DNA from: Tubiluchus corallicola
Lineage: Eukaryota > Animalia > Priapulida
Assembly: GCA_030141605.1 (NCBI GenBank)
Contig: JAQGDQ010000427.1
Span: 135,484 to 199,483 of the forward strand
Reading direction: 5' to 3'
DNA length: 64,000 bases
Shown here: positions 13,100 through 25,402 of the stretch, piece after piece
Numbering within the stretch: the first letter of the stretch is position 1
Layout: every line of letters starts with the position of its first letter
Program-made: the position numbers and the translations under genes
The notes under the pieces: generated by a model
What the model saw: only the letters and a program-made list of their open reading frames with translations
Told to the model about the DNA's origin: nothing
The model's database searches: none

Positions 13100-13490
13100 G
13101 TAAAAAATATTGAGTTGCTGTTGTTTAAAAAGTATCTGCATCACAGAATGAAACATTAACCAAATAATTGGTGCATAGTCTAACCATATGTCAATTAAAT
13201 GTGGTGTTCCCCGGGTGTTTACTCTAGGACCACTGTTGTTTCTGATTTTTGTGAATGCTCTGCAAAACATGTCCAGCTTGTTAAACTTCAGACTTTTTGC
13301 GGATGACAAGAATTTTTTATGCTGATCCAAGCTGATCCTTCATTTGCAAATATACAAATCGTACTCAGTACTGAAATTCCCATCTAAGCAATGGTTTTAC
13401 ACTAATGGATTATCTCTTAATTTGAAAGAAAACAAACTACTCGAAATTTTTAATTTGCACATAGATGGTAAAAAAATTGAAGAAAAAGAA
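13100..13490 (+). pseudogene. Non-LTR reverse transcriptase fragment (CR1/L2-Crack-like)
   Basis: Manual translation gives IKCGVPR(G)FTLGPLLFLIFVNALQNMSSLLNFRLFADDKNF...WFYTNGLSLNLK, matching the GVPQGSxLGPLLF and FADD motifs. Confidence 0.85.
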
Positions 13491-13659
13491 ATTCAGCGTA
13501 TAATTCAACTAGATTTACTGGCACAAGCAATTACAACAAACAAGAAAAACATTCTTTCCGATAACTTTGAACCGCTCTGCGAGCTTCGACAGCATTCATA
13601 TCACAGTTGCTTTCCCGCCGTAAGGTTAGTGGACCGCGTTCCTTAATATACGCAACGTA

Positions 13660-14060
13660 TTAAATTAGACTTCTTTGACTCACCAGGTTTTGCGAAAAAA
13701 AACCAGCGAAAAGGTTTTCATTTTGGCAACCTGTGCCCGCCTTTCTTCACAAAGTTTCTTGGAAATCTGTTAGACAGTTTTTGTGTAATAGACTTACAGC
13801 CATAACAGACAAAAAACAACCAAACAAAGAGACAAACAAACAGTGTTGAAGTATAACTTCCTTGGCATAGGCAAAAATTGCTAAAATAATTATCCTCCAC
13901 TGTAACCGAAATCCAAAGCACGTATTTTGCTTAGTTTGCCATTTTACCTACTTTTCCATTTGTGCCTTTTTCCTGTGCCATTTTCAGCGTGCCATTTTTT
14001 TTCGAGTGCCATTTTTTGCTGTGCCATTTTTAACTGTACTATTTTTTACCTACATTCCCA
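13660..14060 (+). mobile_element. Non-autonomous DNA transposon-like repeat ending in a 'tgccatttt' subterminal array
   Basis: A diverged reverse-complement copy lies at about 56490-56790 (aaatggcacagg...gtgccaaaatgggaatc...tttttcgcaaaa). About 8 'tgccatttt' units at 13937-14050. Confidence 0.6.
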
Positions 14061-14344
14061 ATATGCAGTTTAACCGGAATCACAAGTCCAACATATTCTA
14101 GATAACTATGCTGAGCACCTGCATGATTCTCTATGCACTCTACCTGAGCAAAATTCATCTTTTTCTTGCTGCATTAACCGACTTTCGAGACTTAGATAAC
14201 GCATGAAATAAGTAAAAAAACATTTTGCTATACGGCCTACTTGCCCTTTACAAGCCATTAAAATTAAATAAATGTTCCTCCTAGAAAGTCTAGTTTGTTA
14301 TACCCTGTACATTGTACTACGAGAACTATATAATGAGCACTGAT

Positions 14345-14715
14345 GCAGTGCAAACAACTTTTGCGGATGCAAAACGTGTTACTTTTGCGGAGGTAAAATG
14401 TGCAACTTTTGCGTCCGTAAAACGTGCAATTTTTGCGGAGGCAAAAAGTGCAACTTTTGCGGAGGTAAAACGTGCAACTTTTGCGGAGGTAAAACGTGCA
14501 GCTTTTGCGGAGGTAAAACGTGCAGTTTTTGTGGGCGTAAAACGTGCAACTTTTGCGGAGGGAAAACGTGCAACTTTTGCGGCGGTAAAACGTGCAACTT
14601 TTGCGGGCATAAAACGTGCAGCTTTTGCGTGCGTAAACCGTGCAACTTTTGCGGGCGTAAAACGTGCACCTTTTGAGGGCGTAGAACGTGCAACTTTTGC
14701 GAACGCAAAACGTGC
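14345..14715. repeat. 24-bp minisatellite (aaaacgtgcaacttttgcggaggt), about 15 copies
   Basis: Visible periodicity; the ORF track shows 8-aa repeats in five frames. Confidence 0.95.
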
Positions 14716-14794
14716 AGACAGAAAAATCGGTGTATGTAAGTGTCGACGCGCGTTCAATGTCCAAAAAACTGTTTGTTTTCACTGATTGTACGTC

Positions 14795-14960
14795 TTTTCG
14801 CCAGATATTTTTTCGCCAGGCCTACTTTTTCGCCAGGCCACTTTTTCGCCGGTCTACTTTTTCGCCAGACCACTTTTTCGCCAGTCTACTTTTCGCCAGT
14901 CTACTTTTCGCCAGTCTTCTTTTTCGCCAGTCTTCTGTTTCGCCAGTCTATCTTTTCGAC
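14795..14960. repeat. 15-16 bp tandem array (ttttcgccagtctac), about 11 copies; probably DNA transposon subterminal repeats
   Basis: Read directly from the sequence. Confidence 0.85.
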
Positions 14961-15907
14961 AGTTATATAGTGATTAACAATGAAGACAAAAGTTACCTAT
15001 ATGTTGATATATTATTTATCGAAATGATTTCATTTAATCGCTTTGCGAACGGAAGATACAAGTCGTACAGAGGCGTGCCAAACATCATTTTATTCGCAAT
15101 GAAACGGAGATCTGGTGCACTGCGCCAAATAGCGAGTCCTGTTTTGTTCAGCCAGAAAACGGCAATAAAATGGATGTCGGTCGAAAATTAACATCCAGAA
15201 TCCGCTGTTATTTTTGTTCTGTGATGTTTAGTTTTCGAGATACGTATCTTTTTGGAATTACTCGAATACTAGACAAAGCTACACCATCAGATTTAGCGTG
15301 GTCGTAGCTAGGTAAGAGGGCCATCCTAGTTTGCAATTTGGGGTCGTGACTCTTTGACCTGCCTGAGTTATGACTCAAAAATCGTCAAAATACGTCTATT
15401 TTTGAGAAGCAATTCCTCCTAGAAAGAAAAACATCTATTCAAAACGGAAAAAAGCATGTAAAGCATTATGCCGTGGCTATCAGCAACTGGGTCAGCTTTG
15501 TCGAAATTTTAAGTATGGTACCAACCTGGGCCTAGTAAAATGGCCGCAGGAAAATTTTTCTGCATCTTATTTTACGGTTCATTGCGAATCCAATGATACA
15601 AGGTACGTCTCTGTACGACTCACGGCTTTCGTTTAGAGAGTGTTTAAAGGAAACCACGTCGATACCTGCTATATGTTAGTATAAGTATGATAACCGAAAA
15701 ACGGGCGTAGCGTGGTGGTGCAGCCCACTGTACAATCATGTCTTTTTCAGAGCTGTGTGTAAAGTTAAACAAAGTTGTGATGCAGATGTATTGCAAGGTC
15801 ACACACGCGTGAAGCTACTTATAAACTGCATGATGATCACTTTGTATTTGGATGGATTCTTATTTACATGCTGTTTTTTACACCATGGGAAACTGTAGTG
15901 TAGAAAG

Positions 15908-16027
15908 TGTATGTGTGTGTATGTTTTGTGTGTTTGTGTGTGCGTGTGTGTGCGTGTATGTGTTTGTGTGCGTGCGTGCGCGTGTGTGTGTTTGCGCGTG
16001 CGTGCGTGCGTGCGTGCGTGTGTGCAT
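15908..16027. repeat. (TG)n/(TGCG)n microsatellite
   Basis: Read directly from the sequence. Confidence 0.95.
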
Positions 16028-16725
16028 GTCACACAGCAGCTAGAATGTGTCCCTGTCTCGGACGTTTTTCTGCTTTTCCGGTCTAAATTGCCAGGTTGAC
16101 CGCTGGTACTGAAGAACATTTTAGAATAGATTTGCACAAGTGTCACAGTTAGTGGGTGCTAATTAACTGGCTTAGCAAGTTGGCTGGTCTCGCCTGCCTG
16201 TCTTTTTGGAAGCTGTCTGGTTACTAACAGTTTACCATTTTTTTACTCAAAATCCGAAAATTCGACTACTATATCGCTTCACAAATATCAGAATCGCTCT
16301 CTGTGTACTCATTTGCACAAAATAGTACATTTCTATTCATAATGCACTTGATTAACTTGTATGCAAAAGTAAAAAATGAGAACCCTTTTTCAACCAACCT
16401 GCGCAAAAAACCTGCGCAAAAACACTTGTAGCAAAGTGTCGGCAGTGACGAAATTCGCCTATTGTTACGTATTTCGTTTTTGCGATTAGCGGCCGGCTAT
16501 GCTATGGCGGCATCAAATGGCGGAAGATTAAACACTTTTGAGCGGCGCACTGTATTAATAATATTCTTAAGTCAATCAATAGTGTCGGCATACGCGCATT
16601 TTTGATAAGCCAAAATCACTTTTGCGTTTTTAATAAAGAAGAATATCTCAAATAAATGCAATTATAATTTAAAAAACCAAAAACAGTGGTAGCAATACGT
16701 TTGTATTATGTGCTTGCAAATACTT

Positions 16726-17090
16726 ATATATATATATATATATATAAATTCTTTATTTGTCATTAAAAATGGCTCACTCATTACAATAAAATTGAGTAAT
16801 CCTCAGCGTAATGTTAAAAACAACACTGTTCAAGACAAATGCGTCCAGTGCAGACTAAAAAAACTAAAGTGTAAAACTAAGGCCTAATTATATACAATAA
16901 ATGAACATATTTACAAACACAATATTAAAATATTTTTACAAAACAATATTACAAAAAAACATTAAATTTTACAAGACATATTTTACACTATATATACATT
17001 TAACATGACACAACAGAAACATGTTTTACATTACATATTTTTTTTTAATTTTACATTTTTAATCGGTTTATGGAGTTAATATTATAATTG
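16726..17090 (-). mobile_element. Probable 5'-truncated LINE 3' UTR with (TA)n tail
   Basis: Absent from the 22321 copy (caaatacttcttcagttttc). AATAAA precedes (TA)n on the minus strand. Imperfect TSD aaatactt/aaaactt. Confidence 0.55.
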
Positions 17091-17151
17091 AAAACTTGTT
17101 CAGTTTTCTTTTAAGTAAAATTTTCTTCCCGAGGAAAGAGGCTAGCAGACT

Positions 17152-17558
17152 AATGTTAGAAAATTTTCGATTAAATACAATGGCCCTTACACATGGAATT
17201 CAATTGCTCCAGCTATTAAAAATGCCAACTCGCTTTCCATATTTAAAAAAAATATAAATTAAACTTACTTGAAACATATAACTGATGACTCAATCATGAT
17301 TTGTTGTTTTTCATTTTCAAAACTTGTATAGTATAATAATACTTTTATTACTTCCCACCCGTATTTATATTTGTATATATTGTAATTTTTTTGTAACTAA
17401 TTCTAGTGGCATACCATAAGCTAGCTTCTTAGGTCTCTAGCGCAGTATTCATGAATTGTATCATATTTTTGTATTAACAAAACCTGATTATCGTGCACAT
17501 GTAATGTATATGTATATGTTTACTGCGAAATAAATCTATTAAAATCAAATAAAAAAAT
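17152..17558 (+). mobile_element. 5'-truncated L2/Crack-like LINE 3' end with 6-bp TSD
   Basis: CAGACT is duplicated at 17146-17151 and 17559-17564, with the empty site at about 22392. Encodes NVRKFSIKYNGPYTWNSIAPAIKNANSLSIFKK...LLETY*, then a 3' UTR and A-rich tail. Confidence 0.85.
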
Positions 17559-19056
17559 CAGACTGTGTGATGGGCTGTTCACTATGTAAAAAAGTATTAA
17601 CTCTATGGATAACATGCTTTTTTAATGATAAAAAATGTGTTGGATGTTTTATCTTAACTTATTATTTAGCGAGAGAAGAATTGCTTTTAAACACTAGACC
17701 TTTAATATAAAATTATTTAACACCTAGATAAAGGACAGAAAGTGAAAGTAAGACGTAACATATTTTTATTATTAGAGAGGGAGAGAGAAATCTCACGTTA
17801 ACTAATGATTAGTGTATGCTCCTTAGCTTATATACCGTATGTGTATATAAGGTATATATATATATATATATACGATGTAATTCGAATTATTATAAATACA
17901 ATAAATTCATTTGGTTAGCTGCATAAATAAGTAAAAAATGTCGGTTAGTAGTTAAAAGCTCATTCCTTTACAATAAAATGTGCCATTAACTAACATACAT
18001 ATACGATAATATGTTTGATTTTACATCACAAAATCACAAATTATTCGCAACATAAATGCTGTAGAATGTCATTAATTTGCGGATTGTCTAAAATGGAAAA
18101 GTTATTTCTGGTTAAGAAATTTAAAACATCTTTATCAAATGAAATAGTGAGGCTTTGAGCCCACATAAGCCCTCCAGTTTTCTTACATATCAATCTTTTG
18201 ATTTTTAAATAATCACATTTATCTTAGTTACCATTATATTTAAATTTAAGAAACTGAAGATTGTAACCGAATGTTGACTGCACAGAATACGTTGCGTTTC
18301 TAGCAAAAAGTTCATAAGCGTATTACTGCTATTAATACATGACATAAATAATTTTACAAATCTAATTTCAAACTGCGTACTCGGACGAAGCAAACACGAT
18401 AAATGAGATAGCAAAAACTTGAGTTTAGCATGGTATCAAAATGTACGTACGCCTGTGTTCCAGGAGGTATCAATGTTATTAATAAGAGTGTTATCAATCG
18501 TCCACATTTGCGAACCATGAAAGTTGTGACAGTGCAGTTGATACAGTCTTAATACAGCTATTAAGAAACGGGAAGTCACGTATAACACTGTTTGCAAGAT
18601 AAATAAAATCTCCACGTTTACATGGAATCTCAGCGTTAGAAGATAAATTACATGTCAGTTATTGATTTTTACTGGCATTGTGCCTATATTGTGCCTTTGC
18701 GTAATAAGGAAAATCAAATCCTGTTCATCTGGTTCAGTGATTTCCGCAAATCCAGTACGCAGACCACTTCAAAAAATGAGCCATTCTTCATCTTTCTCCA
18801 GGAAACTTAAAGCATGTCGCAAGCTAGACTTGTGCTGAAAATCCAGAAATCCTCAAACGAGCAGTCGGGTCTCTCCACAACAATAATTTTATTTGACCAT
18901 TGTTGACTATGATTCCACTACCTCGTGTATCCAGCAATTTAAGGTTACAATGCCTATTATTTAGCATCACTTCTTGTGAAACTTCTGACTAAACTTACAA
19001 TTACTAAAGCACAAAAAGAATTAATTGAGAACAAGAACTGGAAAAATTTCTAATTT

Positions 19057-19340
19057 CTAAGGATCAACACAATTATCACAAATATATCTAGTCATCCCAA
19101 ATGCATCAGCACACTCTTCATGGCACAACTTGTAGCAAACGGTGCACTGAATCCAAATTTCACCTCCTTTGTTGTTGGAGAAGAGTTCGAAGATGATTAA
19201 ACACCATGGTTCTTCCGACTTCTCCGCGTTTGGCTTCCTCTTTGTCATTACACTTGCTGTTTTCACATGTTTAACACTTGTCTTTTTTGGGTTTTGCACA
19301 TAGCTTTGTCTTACAAGCACTTTAAAATTATTTTCACCTG
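19057..19340 (-). pseudogene. PHD-finger C-terminus typical of pogo/Tigger (DDE_1) transposases
   Basis: A lysine-rich linker precedes WCLIIFELFSNNKGGEIWIQCTVCYKLCHEECADAFGMTRYICDNC*, with the second Cys lost. No DDE core is visible. Confidence 0.65.
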
Positions 19341-19662
19341 ACGACAACAGTCCGTAATGGTCTGCCGCTAGGGCGACACTAACTGGGCAAATAGCTTGCG
19401 CACGTGACAACAGTCCGTAATGGTTGCGCTAGGGCGACACTAACTGCGCGAACAGCTTGTGCACGTGACAACAACAGTCCGTAATGGTCTGCCGCTAGGG
19501 CGACACTAACTGTGCGAACAGCTTGCGTACCTGACAACAACAGTCCGTAATGGTCTGCCGCTAGGGCGACACTAACTGTGCAAACAACTTGCACAGTAGC
19601 GTACCCGACAACAATAGTCCATGCCACTAGAGGACACTAACTGTGCAAGCAGTTGTGCAGTA
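19339..19662. repeat. About 61-75 bp (modal 66) tandem repeat, 5 units
   Basis: Unit is tgacaacaacagtccgtaatggtctgccgctagggcgacactaactgtgcgaacagcttgcg. Two related units lie at 47360-47500. Confidence 0.92.
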
Positions 19663-20857
19663 GGGTCTCGAACTTTCTGACTTATTGATATGTTGGTACA
19701 TGGAAAGACTAATTTCTCCTTCCTACATCCAGTTACTGGACAACAATGACGTCACTGAACTTTGACGACTATTGATTACTGTACCTGCGTCCTGTCCTCC
19801 ATCTGTTCCGCAATCAGACTTCAAAACAGTTTGGCTTCCAGTGTCATACCTTCAACAGATTAATTTAAACATTTTTGTGAAAATTAAGCATGATTAATGA
19901 TGAAGTTATATTAGCTTACAAACAAGTTACATAATTAACAAGCATGAGCATCATACGTGTATAATTAATTACACAGAGCAGTTGGTGTATATCGTAAGTT
20001 AGCAATTCGCTGATGGTTCGCTAAGGGTTACGTCATGGAGGTAAAAGCGCTCCATGATGTTTTCCGCGGGACACAAGAAAGATAATTAATTAACGACGAC
20101 GTTAACTATGGAGAGACGTAAGATGCAGCCATGTTTACTAATTATTGCACTGTACCAAATAATTCATTTCTTATCATGTTGTTATAGTAAATATGAATCT
20201 ACCAAGACATTTAATCTCGTGTTCTTGTATCTGACTACTTGACTTCTTTTTCTTTACAGCAAGACAACAATAATCTAATCTGTACAATAAAAACTAATGT
20301 CATTCAGATATCACTTCGTCAATTAGAGACTGTTTTTCCAGTATTTAAATCAAGCACTATAAAAGCAGTGGAATTACATTCAGTTTCGTGAGGAGAGAGA
20401 GAGCGCGCAGGGCTATTTTTCATATCGAATTTAAAGCACGGTAAAAAGCATTAACGGTTTTTCCCCCTGATAAATAATGCCGATAATTAATTAATAGCGT
20501 TAAAGAATTAATTAACGGTCAGGGAGTGCACAGCAAACGGTGACGTCAGAAGATCTGAACGTAATTTTTAACGAGACTTACATTCCATAAGTGGGTTACA
20601 GGTGTTTGCGGAAGCGAAAGTTGAAATGCAATGCTACTACTGTACAATACTTACTGTAATACACAAAACTACGCAAAAATAGTGCTCTAAATGTGTAAAA
20701 TCCCTACAATATCCTATACAACCCCAACAGATAGCGAGGCTTTCTTAACTTATTATTAAACAAAGAATGCACTTTACTTTTAAAAAAAGAAAGGTATAAA
20801 TTAAACAGGCTTAACTGGCATTTTTGTTTCAAATTTCGAAAGAGAAAACCTCCGTTA

Positions 20858-21450
20858 AGCCGCCATGTTTCGCGGCTTTGGCGTGAGCGTCGAGTGAGCG
20901 AGAATGACACGTGATCTGCGCATAAAGCTTTTATGGTCATAATTATGGCGGCTTGCATGGTGCGTGATCACATTAGTCAGAATGTTTCAATTGTTATATA
21001 TAAGGTCAGTTGTTCTTCAAATTTAGTTAAAATTCTTGTGTTAAACGAAAAATTTTCACAAGTAAGCTTTTATTTTAGTTCAGGTATAATTTCTAAGTTA
21101 AAATTCTTTACCCAAATCTACATACTTTAGCATTATGTATTTGATTTAATCGGCACTTTAAAGCAAAAGTCTAACCACTGTTAGTCTAAAAAAACTCGCA
21201 TTCAAAACGTATACTTTAGCGAAATTGACAACAGCTTTTTCACTTGGGTTCAACAGTGGTAGATCTACTTTGGACAGCTGGAAAATAACATTAAAAATTA
21301 AAAATGATTTGTGGTATCTAAAATGTACAAGCTTAAAGTTTCAATTGCAAGCTGTCGCAAACGTTACCACTATCCTAAAATAGTAAAACTATTATTTCCC
21401 TCCTGCCTCATACGATGTGATACTACACTTTCATTTATCTGTGTCTCTGT
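20858..21450 (+). repeat. Dispersed repeat family B, copy 1 (copy 2 at about 38410-39020)
   Basis: Colinear from 'gccgccatgtttcg' to 'ctacactttc...atctgtgt'. Near-identical spurious ORFs MVIIMAACMVRD in both copies. Confidence 0.9.
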
Positions 21451-22611
21451 CTAGTTTCTATAGTACATGCGGTGCCGAGTTAAACTTACTGCATTATCAG
21501 AGGGGAATAGCTATTTACTGAGCCAGTTATGAATAATTTCTAACGTAGCATAAGATTTACTGAGGCTTTAAACATCAGTTGTGCGTTTTGAAAATAAATT
21601 AAAAGTTTCATATGCATATTAGAGAATTGATTATTATAATTATAAATTTATTACCTAACTTGCAATTTCTCGGTACTAAAAGCTTCCACCCCACCTTGCC
21701 TATTGTGTGCAACAATTATAGCTAAGAGTACTGTGTAATGTGACACTGCCTCAAGGTCAAGCGTTCGCAGACGTGGATGAATATCGAGTCACAGTAGTTT
21801 GCAAGAATGAGCCAGAATTTCGTTAAGAAGACAGGTGCTTTAAAAAATCTGTGTTAGGAATTACTTCAGTTTAAAATGACATCTGGTTAGTTCTACTAGA
21901 AAGATTTTACCAACACACTCATCTGCTGACTGAAGCTAGTAATATGTGTAACTTATGCAGTAAAGATTTATATAATATGAATACTTGCACTCCAAATCTC
22001 ATGCTTTAAAGTTTATTTTTTTCTGATAATGGAGTCCTGCAGGAAAACAAATAACTCAAGGAAAGTGTCCTATGACTGTAACGTAACTGTAGAATTTCTC
22101 CCGATAGTCTCTCTTCTGCCTCCTTTCAACATACAATGCTTCTGTCTTGTTTCGCTAATTCGCGAAAAATTGCAAGTAATTTGACCGCTGGACGTGCGTC
22201 AAAATCACGCGGTTTCTGCGTGAAATGAATTTTCTTGCTGCTTGGGTTTTAGCAGACCTGGGTAATGTATTACCTTATTCATAAAAGCAGTTATAGCAAT
22301 AAGTTTGTATTATGTACTTGCAAATACTTCTTCAGTTTTCTGGTAAGTCTGGTAATGAAAGTCTTACTTTTCTTCCCGAGAAAGGAAGCTAACAGACTGT
22401 GTGATGGGCTGCATACTATGTAAAAAAGCATCAACTCTATGGATAACATGCCTTTTCTAGTGATTAAGAATCTGTTGGAGGTTTTACCTCAACTTATTAT
22501 TTAGTGAGAAAAGAATTGCTTTTAAACACTAGCCTTTTATATAAAATTATTTATCACCTAGATAAAGGACAGAAAGTGAAAGTAAGACGTAACATATTTC
22601 TATTACTATAA

Positions 22612-22613
22612 GG

Positions 22614-22670
<57 letters not shown>

Positions 22671-22760
22671 TGGTGAGGGAGAGGGAGGAAGGGAGGAAGG
22701 CAGAGACAGAGAGAGACAGAGGGAGAGTGAGAGAGAGAGAGAGAGAGGGAGGGAGAGAGA

Positions 22761-22796
<36 letters not shown>

Positions 22797-22827
22797 ACAT
22801 TAACTAACGATTATCATATGCTCCTTA

Positions 22828-22904
<77 letters not shown>

Positions 22905-22905
22905 C
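22612..22905. repeat. (GA)n-rich tract followed by (CA)n(TA)n, inside the family E copy
   Basis: Read directly from the sequence. Confidence 0.93.
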
Positions 22906-23339
22906 AATTTATTTCAAATTATTGTAAACACAATACATTTATTCAGTTAGCTGCGCAAATAAAGAAAGAAACAATATAGTTAAAGAACTCATACCTTGAT
23001 TTTAACTTATGCAATAAAGATTTATGTAATATGAATACTTGCACTCCGCATCTCATGCGTTAGATTCTAAATTATATGAGAATATGTTTAATACTTTGTA
23101 AATGCTTTTGGAAATTTTAAACCTATCCCTACAAATAGAGGGAATGTATTTAAATATTAATGATGATGATGATGATGATGATAATCCAAATTTCCGTAAT
23201 TGCTTGATCTAGAAGCTAACTAAGAATTCAAACTTAGGCAAGGGACAAAAACATATTATGTTTAAATTTTTTGACATTTAGAATTCGCTTAAGAAATATT
23301 AGCAATGGGTGGCTTTAAAGTCTCCCCAAACTCTCTTAG

Positions 23340-23950
23340 CGTCCTTCTTAGGCCCATTTTACAGTGAGAACGCACACCAAAATTCTTTCAAGCAAAACCG
23401 GACCCAATCTTTAACTGTAGATCAACATAATCAATTCCTTAAAATATTGAAAGAAAACATAAGACAATTTCACGTTCGTGCCACTAGTTCTTCGCTGTTA
23501 CATGCGTTTCGTCATATGCTAGTTAGACGGGCAGTAGCGCCTGTATTCCGGAAACGCATTACACAGAAAAACAGGTGCTGTACCTCTCAGTTCAGGTGTG
23601 TTAGTTTCTGGCGAACTACACACGTTGGACAACTCATGCGTGAAGACAGCGGTAAAGTTAAAATTCTAAAGTGTATTTCTAAGGTGAATCTCCATCTGCA
23701 TAATTTTAGTACAACGGACTGAATATCTTACAGTAGCACTGTACCCCAATTTTCGCTTTCTCAAACACGTGTAACGAAAGTTGTTTTGATATCATTAGTT
23801 TTATAGTTGGGCTCGCTGGCCGTTAACTAAATTTTTAATCCATTATTTAATTATCAGAAATGCTTTTGCAGTATCAATTGTGTTAAAATGTATACTTTTT
23901 ATCGGATATGAAAATGGGGTAGTATGTGAAAAATCATCCTGTCTTCCTTT
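23340..23950 (-). repeat. Dispersed repeat family A, inverted copy
   Basis: Reverse complement of 2240-3300 without the hAT insertion. Confidence 0.85.
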
Positions 23951-24274
23951 CAGGAAAAATTCGTTGCGGCATTAGTCACAAAAATTGAAAAGATTGCTTT
24001 CTATGGCGCATTTCACGTAGACGAATTTTGCCGCCAGCTAGAAGTTATGCATCCTCCCAATGAGGAAAATTGGAGCATGGTAGAAATACTGTATGTTCAA
24101 CTTTCGTGAGAAATCCCCACGGAATTCACACTGAAATTTAGTGCCTTCTAGTTTAATGAGCAAAAATAAACACAATTCAGCATAAAATTATATGTTTTTA
24201 ATCTCTCTTTTAACATATGTACGATTTCTTGTTTTATTACTGCAACAGTGATAGTTACATTCGTTAAAAAATAA

Positions 24275-24308
<34 letters not shown>

Positions 24309-25104
24309 GTGTATATAATATGTTATAATGTGTTTTAACATAATATAATATAAATATATTGTGTATTATATGTCTGTACTCGTGAAAAATATCGCATATA
24401 TATATATATATATATGTTCTCTTGTGCTTTAAAGTTTAATTTTTTTATAATGGAGTCCTGCAGGAAAACAAAATAACTCACGGAAAGTGTCTTGTGATTG
24501 TAACGTAACTGTAGAATTTCTCCCGCTTGTCTCTAACCTGCCTCCTCTCAACATAAAATGCTGCTCTCTTGTTTCGCCAATTTCGTGCACCATTAACGGT
24601 GATAATTAACGCAAAAAATTGCAAGTAATTTGACCGCTGGACGTGCGTCAAAATCATGAGGTTTCTGCGTGAAATGAACTTTCTTGCTGCTTGGGTTTTC
24701 GCGAAAAAATCGAAAATGTTCTGAAAATGTTCTGATTTTCTGACACCAATTCCACATTTCCTTAGCACACCCACTGTGAAATGGGCCTTAGTTTTACCTA
24801 AACGTGTTTCAACTAATGTGGAGAAAAAGTTAATACCCAATTAAAGTCAATGATTATTACAGGCAGATTATAATGATTATTATTATTGTAAAATCATTTA
24901 TAGTTAAAAAACAACTTTATTAAAACTTTTACATTAAAAACTTAAAATGATGCCGAATGTTTTGACAGGCTACTGCTGTCATCTTTCACAATCATACAAC
25001 CAAGTTTATATAGGCAGAGCCTACAGTATCGAACATTATGCACTAATTAAGTATTTAGCAGAAGCCAAATAGGTAATGAATAAGCAGACCTGAAGAAGCC
25101 ATGG

Positions 25105-25402
25105 GTACTGCACTAAATTTAGTGCATGGCGCCCTACAGTATTAAATGATAGTATACAGTATGTATCCAACAACACCGCCAGTTTAATTTGTAATGTATC
25201 GCGCTACCGCCATACTGGCTGTGACGTAGCTGAGCTGCGTGCTGGTAGATGCGCAAACAGCGCTCCATGGTTTTTCCCGCTGATACAAATAAGCTAATTA
25301 CTAGTTAATTAAGCAACGCAGCGCAAAACTTTTTACGCCAAATAACTGTCCGGTAATTCAGTTACAAAATAAATATAACTTGATTTTCGTGATATTTCTC
25401 CT
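25105..25402 (-). mobile_element. Kolobok-type terminal fragment (ends ...ctcct|TTAA); duplicate at about 29305-29605, weaker fragment at about 20030-20100
   Basis: Reverse complement TTAA|aggagaaatatcacgaaaatc resembles TTAA|aggagcaaaatcacgaaaatt at 39110. Shared internal motifs 'catggagcg' and 'ctacgtcacagccagta'. Confidence 0.7.

Larger units (their letters stand above)
16680..17975 (+). repeat. Dispersed repeat family E, copy carrying two LINE 3'-end insertions
   Basis: The uninterrupted copy at about 22275-23000 shares 'tttgtattatgtacttgcaaatactt', 'cagactgtgtgatgggctg' and 'cacctagataaaggacagaaagtgaaagtaagacgtaac'. Confidence 0.85.

Noticed and set aside
14264-15191. Cys-rich periodic ORFs (CNFCGGKT, RKSCTFY) resembling zinc-finger or metallothionein proteins
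   Set aside because: They come from a 24-bp minisatellite open in five frames on both strands, with no unique coding flanks.
15720-16556. Tc1/mariner-like ends (cactg-ta at about 15726 and 16548)
   Set aside because: Both are in the same orientation and no matching inverted partner was found.
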